NCBI RefSeq assembly: GCF_964355755.1
Contig: NC_092674.1
Span: 5,642,001 to 5,706,000 of the forward strand
DNA: 64,000 bases
Direction: 5' to 3'
From: Antedon mediterranea
Taxonomy: Eukaryota; Animalia; Echinodermata
Shown piece by piece: positions 26,001 to 39,017 of the stretch. Position numbers and translations under genes: made by a program. The stretch's first letter is position 1; each line of letters begins with the position of its first letter. The notes beneath the pieces were generated by a model. The model searched no databases. It was not told the DNA's origin and worked only from the letters and a program-made list of their open reading frames with translations.

Positions 26001-29000
26001 TCCGAATCATATCAGCTGTATGTTTGTGTGTAATCAGTTCTTATACCTCTGTCATTAAACCCCAATGTCACGTACTCCAACGTACCTTTGAAATACCACC
26101 GATAGGTCAATTTGACTAACTTTTCTCCAATAAGCACAGCACATCAGAGATATATCGGTTTTTTAACCGGTGTTAATTTTACGTTTGAATGCAGAATAAG
26201 CTAGACTGAATAGTGACTGCAATTTATCTCTAATAAAGAAAAGAGCGGTTTAACCTAACTTTAATTGAATACCAGATATTTTTTGCCAGGATAAGAAACT
26301 AATGTTTAAAGCAGTAATGGAGCATGCATGATGTGTCTCTCTTTATCTTGTTATACATGATTCTGATTGTGGGGGAAAATTTGTTTTTGGTGCCTTTCTG
26401 CTTGTGGCAGTGCTGATGGGAAGACATTTCTGTAATTCTGTAACATTTAAAAGCTATTTGAAAAATGAAAATGAAAGATTAATTTGATCTTTACTATTGC
26501 TCATCACATATGGGGTGCCTCGAGAGCCTTGATTATATCAAGTTATATGAAATCATTACAGAAAGAATCTCCCTGCAAATGTCAAATCTTAAAATAATAA
26601 AAATGACTGATCAGGCCTTGTTAACCGTGCTTGTTTTCATGCATTGGGCTAGAAGATTACTTATAGTTACATGCCGTTTTTCCAGGGTGTCATTTGGCTT
26701 TATTTAATTAGGGTATTCACTGTTTTATTCTGTTGAGTATTTAGTTAGTGTCTTGACTGTTAAGTAAGAAGTTTAATTTAATTAACATTAGAGAAATTTA
26801 TGTTGAGCACAAAAGTTACGATAATTTTGGGTAATTTATTGAGCATATTATTAGAAATTTAGATATAAGAATGTTAATATAAAATGGAATTAGGACTTGC
26901 AGTAAATTACAAACACACATAAAAAATCTTTATTAAATATTTTATTATTCACATTATTGTTCTGTTAGATTGGAAAAAAAATATATGCGTTCAGATGTTA
27001 AGTGTTGATGTTTTTCTTCTTTAATTTATAACTTTTATTTTTTATTGAGCATTATAAGAAGTTTTTGACAATAAAATGTATATGTAGTATATAATATATC
27101 GCATGGTATAAAAATACAACACATAAAAACTTGTGTGCTTTTGAATGTCCTCGTAAAATACTATAGTTTATGTATGTACAATGTGTTACACAGAAATAAA
27201 AACGATTGTGAGTTTGTTGTATTTTATGAGGATTTATTTGCGGCAAGTAATAAAAACAGTTTGAAAAAATGATTTGATGTTTTAATGCATTTATCTTATG
27301 TAATATGAAATTTCTTAGTTCATATTATTGCAAATGGTTCCACTTGATCTTAAGGTTATTTATTTAAATTTGTATCCTAAAATTGACTATTTTATGAGAA
27401 TTTGACATTTTATAGTTTTCAGATAGAATTTGAATAAACACCAATTAGTGCTAACTCATCTGAAGGCACTATTTATATAATAGTACCTGGCGAAGCTATA
27501 TTCCATTTTGAATTGAATTTTAACCTAAAATTGTTATTGTTTTCAGAGATAATTTAAACAAATCAGAGGACAATAAATATCTCTTAGTGCCTCTGAGAAA
27601 GCTCTACTAATTGTTTAATAGTACCAATGCAAAAACTAACTTTAGGTAATGTATAAAAAAAAACTGTTACGAGAATGCTCAAGCAAATGAATGATATTTG
27701 CAAAGGAAAGCGTTTGATTTATTCTAACTAAATGGCGCAATTTAACTATCTGTCACATTTCTTTGAATCTTAAGATTTACCGTAAAACGGCACGTCCAAT
27801 TTGTCACCATCATGAAAATGTCATTCATACTTATCAACGTGGCCAATAATTCTGTCAAGAACTTTACCTTCTTTTCAAAGCTAAATAATTTACCGTAACA
27901 TTTCATGATGGAAGACAAATCGTGATCAGGATTAGTTTCATTCCGTATCTATCAAGAAGTAAATAAAATACCGAGTCTAAACGGTAATTTCTATCACCTA
28001 GACCGCAGAGAAAACTAAGAATTGATTGACGGAGAGATGATCCATTTATTGGATAAAAGTTAATGGATCGATGATTACCTGAATGATAAATGAGAAAACA
28101 AAACCAGATAAATACGAATGATTTAATACATTATAGTTTATTTCTCAATTTACCTCTTGATTTATTTATAGAATAAGTGAGATACATAGAAGCTTTTTTT
28201 TTAATGGAGTGCAAACTAGTGATAAACCTTTACTAAAGTAGGTAACTTTGTCCCTTACTTTTATAATTGGGGTATTAATGGGGATGGGTTAGACTAAACA
28301 TGTTCAGATTATGACCGTTTTATCAGGTATTTCATGGCCATCAGCCAACCCGTTACCTCTTCTCTTTTAAATTTGAGAACATTTTCTCTTATATTTACCT
28401 TAAACCTAACTCTAATGTGTTCAATGTTTTATTAAAGTTTTAAAAAAAATAAACATCTGAATGTACCATACACAAGGGTAATGTTGTGGGTACAAATTAT
28501 AAACTACTTTTTAAAATATATTTTTGAACGTACACTATTAATATTATAATATGTAAGTTAGCGCCTCCTGGTTTATAAAATCCTGGACCCACCCCTCACA
28601 TCAGATTTCATTAGAAGACAAAACTAAGAAAAATTTTTAATTAATGAAGGCCAATGACTTTAGGTACATTTCTTGACACTTCATATTATCTTAATTTTGT
28701 GTTCAAATGATATTGATTAATACGTTTGTAAGTTTTAAATATGCATTCCCTCGAGTATCGCCCTTTTTCCTGTCCTTATCTCCTGAGAGACCATGTCCCT
28801 TGTGCCTCTTCTCGTTGGACGTCAATACCAATCCTTGTCATTTGTAAAGAGAGCCGTCTTTAAACAATTTTAGGAAGCTACAATATGTGTAGTTCTATCA
28901 GTATGTTTCATTTGCCTTAGATGTGATTAGTAAGTTAAGATGGTAGTAAAATTATGTGTCAGTGTTGAAAGTTGTTAAAATAATCAGCATCAAATCGTTA

Positions 29001-31699
29001 CCAATTAAGAATAAGAAACTTCCAGTTGACACCGGTATCAGAGCTTAACCCCTAAACACTCATAGCCTTATGAATCACATTATAGTTCTACTATAAACAT
29101 TTTTATCTTGTTTTCGGTAACAGTATAGAACTCAATGTTTTATATAATTATACTGACATCAAACTAATCATTTCAAACTATTATTATAAATGTGTTAGTA
29201 AGGTACGCATCTAAGCTGTAATCTATTGTAATATTAGAAAACTGTTTTATTGTATTTTTTTTTTGGTAAGGTATGTATCTATCTATTTCAAGTAATCTAT
29301 TGAAATATTATTAGTTAAGTTATGGCAATAATTATTTCACCTCCTCTATTGTCTATAGTAAATCCTGAAGCGCGCCATCTAAAGCTTCTTGCATGCACTA
29401 TGCTAATATTATGGTTAACTGTTAGAAAGTATACAAATGTCATAGCCAGCAGGAGTTACAGAATAATGAGGGTTATCTTAGTCCAGTAATCCTTAATCAT
29501 ACGTAGGTGCGTTATAAACTCGGTAAATTGAAAGTAAATTAAACCATTTCTCTGTAGCAACTGGACAATATCCAACAATATTCTAAAATCTGTGTCAATT
29601 TCAGTACATACGAGCTGAGCCTATCTTGCGCTTCGGGAAATTTTACTATACTTTCTTTAAAAAAGAGAAAGGTAAAGAGTGGAGTTAATCTGACTCATAA
29701 TAATCAAGTAGGTTAATTTATTTTAATGTTATATTAGATCCAAAACAGCATTTTTTTTTGTTGTGGCATCAATGCCACATTCAGACTATTTTGGTTCTAT
29801 GGAACGAAAGACAGAGCCTTTCAACTCTTTATACGGTTTTGTGAATTGGGACAAATGTGAATATAGCTTAACCTTAGTTAACAAAAGTCTTTAATTGGAG
29901 ACATATTTGTAGTCAGTTGACAAAATATTGTTCCACCCCTGAAATTACTTAAGCAATCTTCAGTCACTGTTGTTGACTCACAGAAGCTCGATAGTAAAAT
30001 CAGTTTAATTTTATATGATTGATTGCCTAAAGTTGACAACATTTTTAAAGCTTGAAAATTGGTAATTATAGATATAATCAAAACTAATAATAAATGATGT
30101 ATATTAATGGAAAATGATTGCGAATTTATCAACCTCATTTAAGTGATTTTGTAGAGTAACTTTCACTTTCTCATTCAGCCCATCCCAAAACATCTTCTTA
30201 TCAACAAGTTTTTAGGCTACATATGAGGGATCTGACATCTTTTAAAATTAAATTCTTGGTCAAAACAAGTTTTACTGGAATGCTCCAATGGTGGTACTAA
30301 TGTACTGTAGTACCAGGATTGTATGTTGGTTACATTTGACCTATTTCTATTTTACAGGATAAAAGTTGATCTAATCTGGTCAAGGATTCCACACCTGACG
30401 CTCTCCCTCCCCTTCCTTCCATGCGGGGCAAGATTTTCAAAGTTAATATTAAATCCATTTCATTTTCTATTGGCCTTATCACTGGGTAACTTGCACTTTT
30501 TATTTTCTAAATCTTCCAGATTGGCGTTACAGCCAAGGAGAAAGTACTGGTCCGTCTATCTATTTCTCCATATTTGAGGTGGCTAGACATCGGCACATAA
30601 TTGTGATAGCAAGTTCTCATTAATAACTTTCGGTTTGCCAACTTGATGATCGATATTTTCCCATGCCTTTACACACTGGCCTCCAATAGACTAATCTAAA
30701 AAGTAATTGGTCGCATAATGACATTTTTAAATGTACCTTCTATCTTAAAACTTTCATAAAATTTTACTACAGATTCATGAACTCGTGTACAAAAAGTATT
30801 TGTTGTATTAATTTGTACAAAAAAGTTTTTTTTCATGTTTTATATTGAACCTTAAACATTTTTTTCGTATTAATTTTTCAACTTCTGTCTTTCTCCTAGG
30901 CCCCTTGTTGCAAACTATTTAGATGACTAACTTGCAACCTGTTCCTACCTCTAAGTTGTACACTTGCAGATAATTTTACCTGTCCTCGCGGGATACTATG
31001 CGTAATTGTTGTTTATGTAACAATAATTTCTTTGGAGAATGGTTTGATAATTAATACTTCAGTTTTATTATTACCATATTTTGTCATAAAAAAGTCTGCA
31101 GTTAAACAAACATTTTTGTGTGTTTTTAATTCATTTTTTAAAGTTTTATTTTTATATTCTCAAACATATATTTTGATAATAATAGCAAAGTATGAATAAA
31201 AGTAACATTATTATTATTGGCCCTAGATAGAAGTAGATCATGTCTCACAAAGATCCAAAAATAAATACATTAGGCCTAAACTTATAACTAGTTATATGTA
31301 TATTAAAAAGAAACATGTTGTTTGATTAATATTTAACTACGTTGGAAAGCCTTGGAAAGAGCATTATCAAAATTACATTTATGGTTGGAAAAATATTTAG
31401 TATGTATGATATCCATCTTCTCTGTAATAATACACTAATGTTTATTCAGCATTACAGTTTTGAATATATCAGTTTTTAAAATTATATACTTATGTTATAC
31501 TTATTACTTTATCGATTTAGCCTAAAGAAATGGGTTATGTAGGACCTCCCCTGCACAATCAGGTGGTTTCACTAACTGCAGTATAAGTAGGGGAATCCCC
31601 TACAGCCTACCTGACAGGAATAATATTTCATTTTCGGTTTATTTATAAAATACATAAAAAGAAATAACAAGAAACAAAAAAAATAAAATAAAAAGCAAA

Positions 31700-31861
31700 A
31701 AAATTATGCAAAATGATAATTCATATTTGCAAAAATTAATGCAAATAGTAATGGAAAAAAAGTCTAAATAAAATTTAAATACAAATAATGCAAAAAATAA
31801 TATGCAAATCATTATGCAAATAATAATAAGCAAAATCATTATGCAAATTATAATGCAAATC
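31700..31861. repeat. A-rich low-complexity repeat built from ~12-bp units (aaatcattatgc / aaataataatgc)
   Basis: Repeated ATGCAAA(T/A) units; this accounts for the Ile-rich ORF 31639-31863. Confidence 0.7.
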
Positions 31862-34800
31862 ACAAGTGGATCATAAAAAATCTAAAAATTCTATTTAAAA
31901 ATGTTAATAAAAAATATAATATTTAATAAAAAATATAATATTTTTTATAAATTGTATAACATAATTATGTAGCAAGACAACATAAAATATCGTAAACCCC
32001 AGAAGGGAAAAACCTTGACTCAAATTCTTAATTATGATTATTATTGTGTCAAATTCATATTGCGATACATAATAATTATGCAACGATATACCACAGAGCA
32101 GCTACATCAAATTACATTTTTCTTGTAGGAATATTGAGAAGTGATTGTGTTGCGCTTGAAGAACAGTATCAAGACGTTGAGATATTGTGTGAGTAATTTT
32201 ATAATTTGGATTTCAAATGATGCACATCGTTAAAGGTGTACGTAGCAAGTGATCTAATATTTCAATTGAATACTAAAAAACCTCGAAAAGAAGGGTGGCT
32301 TCTTTTTTTAGTACTCTTTGATGGGCTTCTTTTCTAGATGGGATTCTTTTCGAGATTGCAAACCAAAACGAGAGGCTACATGTTGAGATGAGGTTTTACG
32401 AAATGTATAAATAGAGCTGAAATGAACTACAGTGATAAATTTATACTAGAAGTTAATCCCAGTTTTCTAGATTTATTTCTCGTTCTGGTCACATCATTGA
32501 TATTTATTTTGTTCATGCATGTATGAAAAAATAAAGTAACATTGTAAGAGCTGAGAAGAAATGGAACAGGGCAACTTTAGAAATAGTGTTGCCCTATAAT
32601 GTAATAGATAATAAGATAAGAAAAAGGGGGTATTATTTTGTAAATAGTGCCTTAGAGAAGTTATAATATAATTGCTTACTATAAACAATTATATTTAAAG
32701 AAATATTTTTTTTTTACATAGATAATGCTATATTTTCTGCTAACAATTTCTCTGCAAGGAATCCCAAAATGTGAAGTACACAAGTGAATCGGCCGTCTTT
32801 TCTTGATTTTAATTAAGAAGGTATAGTAAGCTCATTTTAAAATCTAAAACATTGAGAGAGGAGTTGTTTTGTCATTAGAAAAAATTCAGAGATCGATAGC
32901 CAAGAATCTTAATCACCAAGCTTCAACAAAATATAAAAAATTTTTTTTAAATTTTACTATGAGTGTTTAATCTTCCAGTCTCATGATTGGATTCGTAGAC
33001 ATTTGACATTAGAATGCTAAAAACTTCTGATAGGCTTATCTGTCCACCCACCATTCAGCAGTAAGTGTAATCTTCTTTCCAAATACATAAATTCAAACCT
33101 GCAAAAAATGAAAATTTACAGAAAGTTAACTTCTTTCATATAATCGTGATAAAATAATTCAATTACTAGTATATCTTGCAAAATATAAACCTCCAAAAAA
33201 CATTTAAAAAAAACCATTTTGCCTCAACCCACGTACAACTACAGGAAGAGTGTATGTGATAGAGTGCAACAGTTATAGTCTCAGACTGTGTCACCTAGAC
33301 ACCATGTAGTTTCTCTTTAAGGCGTCTCTTGGATGATTATACATGGGAAAAAGCGCAAATAGCAGATGTAACTTCACGATAGTTATTCACATTGGTGATA
33401 TTTTGTCAAAACTTTCTGTTTATACTCTCTTCTGGTTTCACATTTAAAAGTTTTTTTAAATATATTTTTATATTTGGCTTAAATGAAATCACATAGGTAT
33501 ATTAGTATATTTGACTCAACACTCTTAATAATGATACGGGCTTGTACCAAGCACTTAATGCTTTCTACAGCTCATTACATTTTCCACGACTTAGTTTATA
33601 CCTGTCAGAGTCTATCCTATGAGATTGCTAAATGCTGCACCCATGAAATTCTCAAAACTAACTTCCGTTGTTAATTTGAAATGCAACAATTATGCGTTAT
33701 TCATTGCGATTTAAAGCGATTTCTGTGTTAACTTCGTTGGCCTGTTAGCCATGCGATAATGTAATTTGTATTAGCATGCGAATACTTGTTTTCTTTTGTG
33801 ATTTATATTTAGAAACTGTCACGATTTGAATAATAGTCATCAATTAGAGGTCTGTACAACATAGATCATACTTGCAGGTCGTAACATTATGACCCAAACC
33901 AATTATTTTTATGCCCGAGTCACCTAATTTGAAAACTCTTATGGCACATACATTTCTAGCAAATGTATTTATCCTTTTTAATATTGATTAAATATTGAAA
34001 TATAAATTTGACAGGAATCAGAAACTCAAAACCACCCAGTGATATACTGAAAATTAATTCATTAAAAAATTGGAAAAAAGAGATTGGAAATCACTCTTAT
34101 TTTCTATAAATATATTGCCTATTTGTTGATTAGGTTTTACTTGTTTCTTTTCAATATTTTGTTTGTGCGAGTAACTCAAATCTTCATTAGAAGTATTAAT
34201 TTCATGTTGTGCGTTACAACTATTTAAAAAGTAAGTGGGGTTGTTATCAATGTTGTTGCTAAGGTTTATATGTTACAATAAGCAATAGAAATTTTAAAAC
34301 CGGAGCCACCCTTTAAGTTAGAATTATGAAGATACAGTGATTTTAGCCATGTATGAATTGTATAGGAAATGACAGTACAATTAGATCTCCTTTATGTGCC
34401 TCATAGATACATTTGTTGGCAAAAAAAGTATTATCATTTAGAGTACCTAATAAAAAAGAGATAGAAGAAGTAGAACAAATAAACAAGATAACAATGAATG
34501 TTATTAATCCGAGAGAACCAGACTTAATATAATTTGTACTAAATTCTGGCGCCAAACTAAGTAACACGATAATGTGATGACAATGGATTCAACAGTAAAT
34601 TTAAAAACATAATTCATAATATCTATTCCATATGATTGTATCAATTACAACTTAAATATTCAATAATAGGATAACATTACACTAAAAAATCACACAATTA
34701 ATAAAATTCTTTATTTTACAATTAGAGCTCATTCAAAAAATATCTATTACCACATTTAGAGGTATTACAGAGCATTTCATGTATCTCTTCTACCAATGTG

Positions 34801-37219
34801 ATGTTTGAGATATTGGAATGGGTTTGCATTGTTTATACCTACTAGTGATGGTCTGCATGTTTTTAAAAGCCAAATATATCCACATTGCCTCTAGAAGCAA
34901 CTAACTCCTAATTAAACTGAACCTAAGCTCCTAAAGAAGCTAAACAAACCTACTAATACTCTCTTCCACTGAACAAATAACATTCGGCCGATTTTGTTGG
35001 TGGCTGTAAATGATGGATACCACCGGGATAGTTTGTTTAAGAAAGATTTTGACACAGATGTAAGAACAACTGTAATTTCATAATGCACAGGAAGCATCTA
35101 AATGTTTTCTGCATTTACAGCGTCTCTACTACAAATCACCATATATTGATTCATAATTCTTTGCATTACCGATAAATGTTCTATATCCATTTTGATAAGT
35201 ATAAATAGAATTAGCCTAAAGTCTAGCCTACCGTATCCATAGCGTAAACCTTTTATATAAACTGTATAGGCGCCATTGAAGTATACCTATTACATTTGCA
35301 TGTAATTTGATTTTGTAATACGTAAATATACATTTAAATTGATTGAATTCCTGATGATTTAAGATTTCTACTATTCTCACTGTAGCTGTTTGAATAAATA
35401 AATAGTAATCAGCTAGAGTTCACAAACAGCTACTGCTTCTTTGAAATACTGTAATTTGTGTATGTATATATATCTGTTTTTAGAAACTTGTTTGTTCATT
35501 TTTCTATATAGGTTTTTAAAATGCTGAGAATTCTTAATGTAGAAAACAATGACTGATTGAGATGTGCCATTGGTAAGTAAAAGTTTAATTATATATATCC
35601 AAGTCATTGGTTAGCAAATGCAGTATACATATCCATTCTGCAGAAAGTACTGGTTAATATATACATTTGTAACTTTTGGTCTGCTATTTTTTCGTTATCA
35701 CAGATTTTTATCTCATCTTATTTCCAATATGTAGAAAATATCCAATATATATGTCAGTTTACTCTATGCCTGTAAATTTATATATTATATTATAAAGTGG
35801 AAAAGTTTCTGGTTGGTGTATTCAAATTAGCTTATTACCTAACTCTAATTTAGTCAGCTACTTTAGCAATTAGTTCAACGCTTCTCTGGACAAAGTTTAG
35901 CAATAATACACATTGAAACACCTGAAAAGTTCTTTGCATGGCTGCACTAGATTCCTGTTGTAAACCAACTTATTATGTACCGATATTGTATCATGATACA
36001 AGAAGTGTATGTAAAACATACAACCAAGGATGTTCATCTGGATATTATATTTGTCTATATACCTAAACATTACATATGCCCTGTTTCAATGCTTTTGAAC
36101 ACCTGAAAAGTTCATTGAATGTATCAAACGGTGGCATATTCAATTATAGAATTCAGAAATTGATTTGAGAACAAGTCAAATTAGGTAGGTTACGGTTTGC
36201 TCCAGTATTGTACCTTAGGGTTTCTTTTCTGCACTCTAATGCCCGCTGTGTATCAAAACATGGATTTAATTTTTAAACAAATACTTTAAGATGGCTACTA
36301 TTAAATGTGGTTTTTATCTGAAAACTTTTCATTTTTCAGAGCAGACTCGCTTGTCTTGTCTAATTTCCATTAAATGTCCAGATTTTTAATTTAAAAAATA
36401 ACTTAAAGACGATTTACATGAACTGAACAATGAATTGAGGTCAGTGTGAATCTCGAGAGAGGGTTAATCATAATCAGGACCAGTGCTTATTTCAAATGGT
36501 ATTCTCATGTTGGGGCATGGTTTGTCGCTCTGAGGTTACTGGTTTAATTCCTGTGTGGAGTGTTGGGAGATGTGAGATGTTGGCAGGGTGCTTAATTGAC
36601 TCATTGGGAGGTTAATCTCTTCATTGAATGTTCTTCACAAAAACTTTTGTGTATATTTAATTTTGCTACTGCTTTTAATATATTTCTGGCAAAATGTTTT
36701 ATTAATGCAAGCTACTATAACGGCTAGCACTGTAGCCTACTACAATGTAACAGGAAGAACAAGGTACTGTAATTAGACAATTAGTTTACTTAAAGAAATT
36801 AAAATGACAGCTGCATTAAAGTTGGGAAGAAAAAGTTAAGACAACAAATAAAAAGAATTAGAATACAGACATGTTTGCAAGAAGCTTTTATCGATATCAC
36901 AGAGGATGGGAAGATGTTTGTAGAGAAGAGGTGTGGATTGTCACAGGCATGCACTAGCCTACTTTGTTTACATATTTGTAGTATTTCGGGCATGAACTGT
37001 TAAAGTTTAAGAATGAAAATATGACATTTATTTAATTATAAGGCATGTATAATTTAAAAACACATTTCCATCATTTCATTCAGTTGTGTTCAGCATATTT
37101 CATACATTTAGTATGTAATTGCTTCCCATATTGTATGTGTGAGTGGAATACATTAGATATGAGATCCATGAGGAATAATATCGAACATGACTGTTTTAGT
37201 AATAAGTAATTATGTTGTC

Positions 37220-38043
37220 CAGGCCCGTAGTCAGGGGTTTTTGGGGGGTTCGGGCGAAACCCCCTTTTACCAGCGAACGCCCCTCTTACCCCCTTGAAAA
37301 ACAAAGGCCCCACTTACAAAATCCTGCAATTAATTATCAATTATAGCAGATTTTTTGGTCATTTTACTTCTATTGACTACTAATTTCTATAATACTGTAG
37401 TGTACTATATAATTTCTCTGCGAAACTCAGATTTTAGTAGGTAAAAAATGTGTCTGTAAGCTGATTAAAACAATCGAAATTGCTCTGAGACCAAGCTTCG
37501 AAGGGCCTTCGGTTCCTGGTTGATTGATTGATTTTATTCGATATTCATACACAAAAGTTAAAATATACAATGTACAAAAAGAATACCAGGATAACCCATT
37601 AAGTCGACAAATAAAAAGTAAACTTATTTCCAATGGGGTCCAATCCGTATTAACTGAAAAAGTGAGTGGTTGGGCCTAGTACAATATATCATTAAGTTGG
37701 ACGCAGTAAAAATGGAAAAACAAGAAAATACATATAAGACAAGATAACATCAAAAAACAATATTAAAAAATAACTTAATTAAACTGATATTCCAAGCTGT
37801 TTATTATTAAAATATTCTTTAAGTTTTATTTTGAAGTTGCATTATTTTGTATTGATTTGAGTGAATTGGGGAGCCTGTTCCAGTCACGGATACCTAAGAA
37901 ATAAAAAGTCGAATCGTTAACGCCAGTCCCCTGGACCCCAACGGAGGCCCTTGGCGGCCCCAAGCCTACAGTTGCTCCCTGCGCTCGCAAAATAATTAGT
38001 GTCAAGAAAACCACCTCTCTGATGCATTCTGGCTACGGGCCTG
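37220..38043. mobile_element. MITE with 15-bp TIRs CAGGCCCGTAG(T/C)CAG (hAT-like ends), interrupted by a LINE fragment
   Basis: caggcccgtagtcag (37220-37234) and ctggctacgggcctg (38029-38043), with GC-rich subterminal blocks. No clean 8-bp TSD, so the superfamily is tentative. A related end lies near 20869. Confidence 0.7.
37520..37921 (-). mobile_element. 5'-truncated CR1/L2-group LINE 3' end nested in the MITE
   Basis: The minus strand encodes DSTFYFLGIRDWNRLPNSLKSIQN, the WNxLP motif typical of the C-terminus of CR1/L2-group ORF2. The 3' UTR contains ggaccccattggaaataag and ends AATAAA followed by an (ATCA)n tail. Confidence 0.75.
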
Positions 38044-38149
38044 TTGTGTGTGATGAATGCATCTCATACACATTAAATTAAATTGTATTGTTTGCTGTTT
38101 TGCTCATCATATGGTTTTGTTTTCAATTTCTTTAGTAGTTACGTTCATT

Positions 38150-38399
38150 ACTATGCCTAAGCCCACCAATACATACTCAACTCCCTGTGGTGTTGTCTCA
38201 TAATGTTACAGGTGCTATCAATGTATTGGCTTTCATATTTCTCCTTTACCTACTTATATACCTGGGTAGAAAAAGGCTTTGCAATAAACTGCATTGGCAA
38301 ATATTTTGAGAAATCATCCAGGGTGGGTCTTAACCTCGCAACCCTAATTATCTGTCAAGTGTGAGCTTTAACCAGAACCGCTGAGCCTACAGTGCCGCC
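38150..38399 (-). mobile_element. Degenerate tRNA-derived SINE
   Basis: Contains acttatatacctgggtagaaaaaggc, similar to the central block of the 50781 SINE. The minus-strand head ggcggcactgtaggctcagcggtt...gaggttaagaccc is tRNA-like. Confidence 0.55.
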
Positions 38400-39017
38400 A
38401 TATGAGGATCTATTGACAACATTGGACAGTTTTTTTAGATAATAAACCTATATCATGACCGTAACTGATTGTTGAAGTGGTGCTGAAGCGAACACAGATA
38501 GAACATCTGGTAGGTGTTCTGTGGATGTTCACCCAAACTTACAGTGAAAAATTACTGTAATATTTTTTAAATAGGTCGCGAAACATCTCTGTTTAAAAAA
38601 AACAATTCAGTCCAGATGACCATGCAATATTTTGCATTTATAATGACCACAAATAATAGACTAGGTCACAAAAACATCTAAACTAAACTTAATATATCTT
38701 AACTAATTATAATCATCCATTAATCATGATAATGTTGATAATTAACATTTTCATAATGTAATTTTAAAACTTAATTTGTAGTCAATTTACATGATAAATG
38801 TAAAGAATGCACACTTTCTTAACTTAACCTAACTTAATTTTTATTCATTTATTTATCGTTTCAAATCTAAATGTTGTAGTTGACAGAGGAGGTGTTTCTT
38901 TGTGCCATCTATCAAAATGTTGAAGTGCCAAGAGGTCAAGTAGAGTTACTGGTTTTAATCATTCAGAATATGTTACAGATTGAGGAAAAACCGTAGAATG
39001 AATGTGATTGAGAAATA

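Noticed and set aside
32291-34316. agggtggct / agccaccct|ttaa as the ends of a 2-kb Kolobok-like element
   Set aside because: The left site lacks the TTAA flank, the match is only ~10 bp, and nothing transposon-like lies between.
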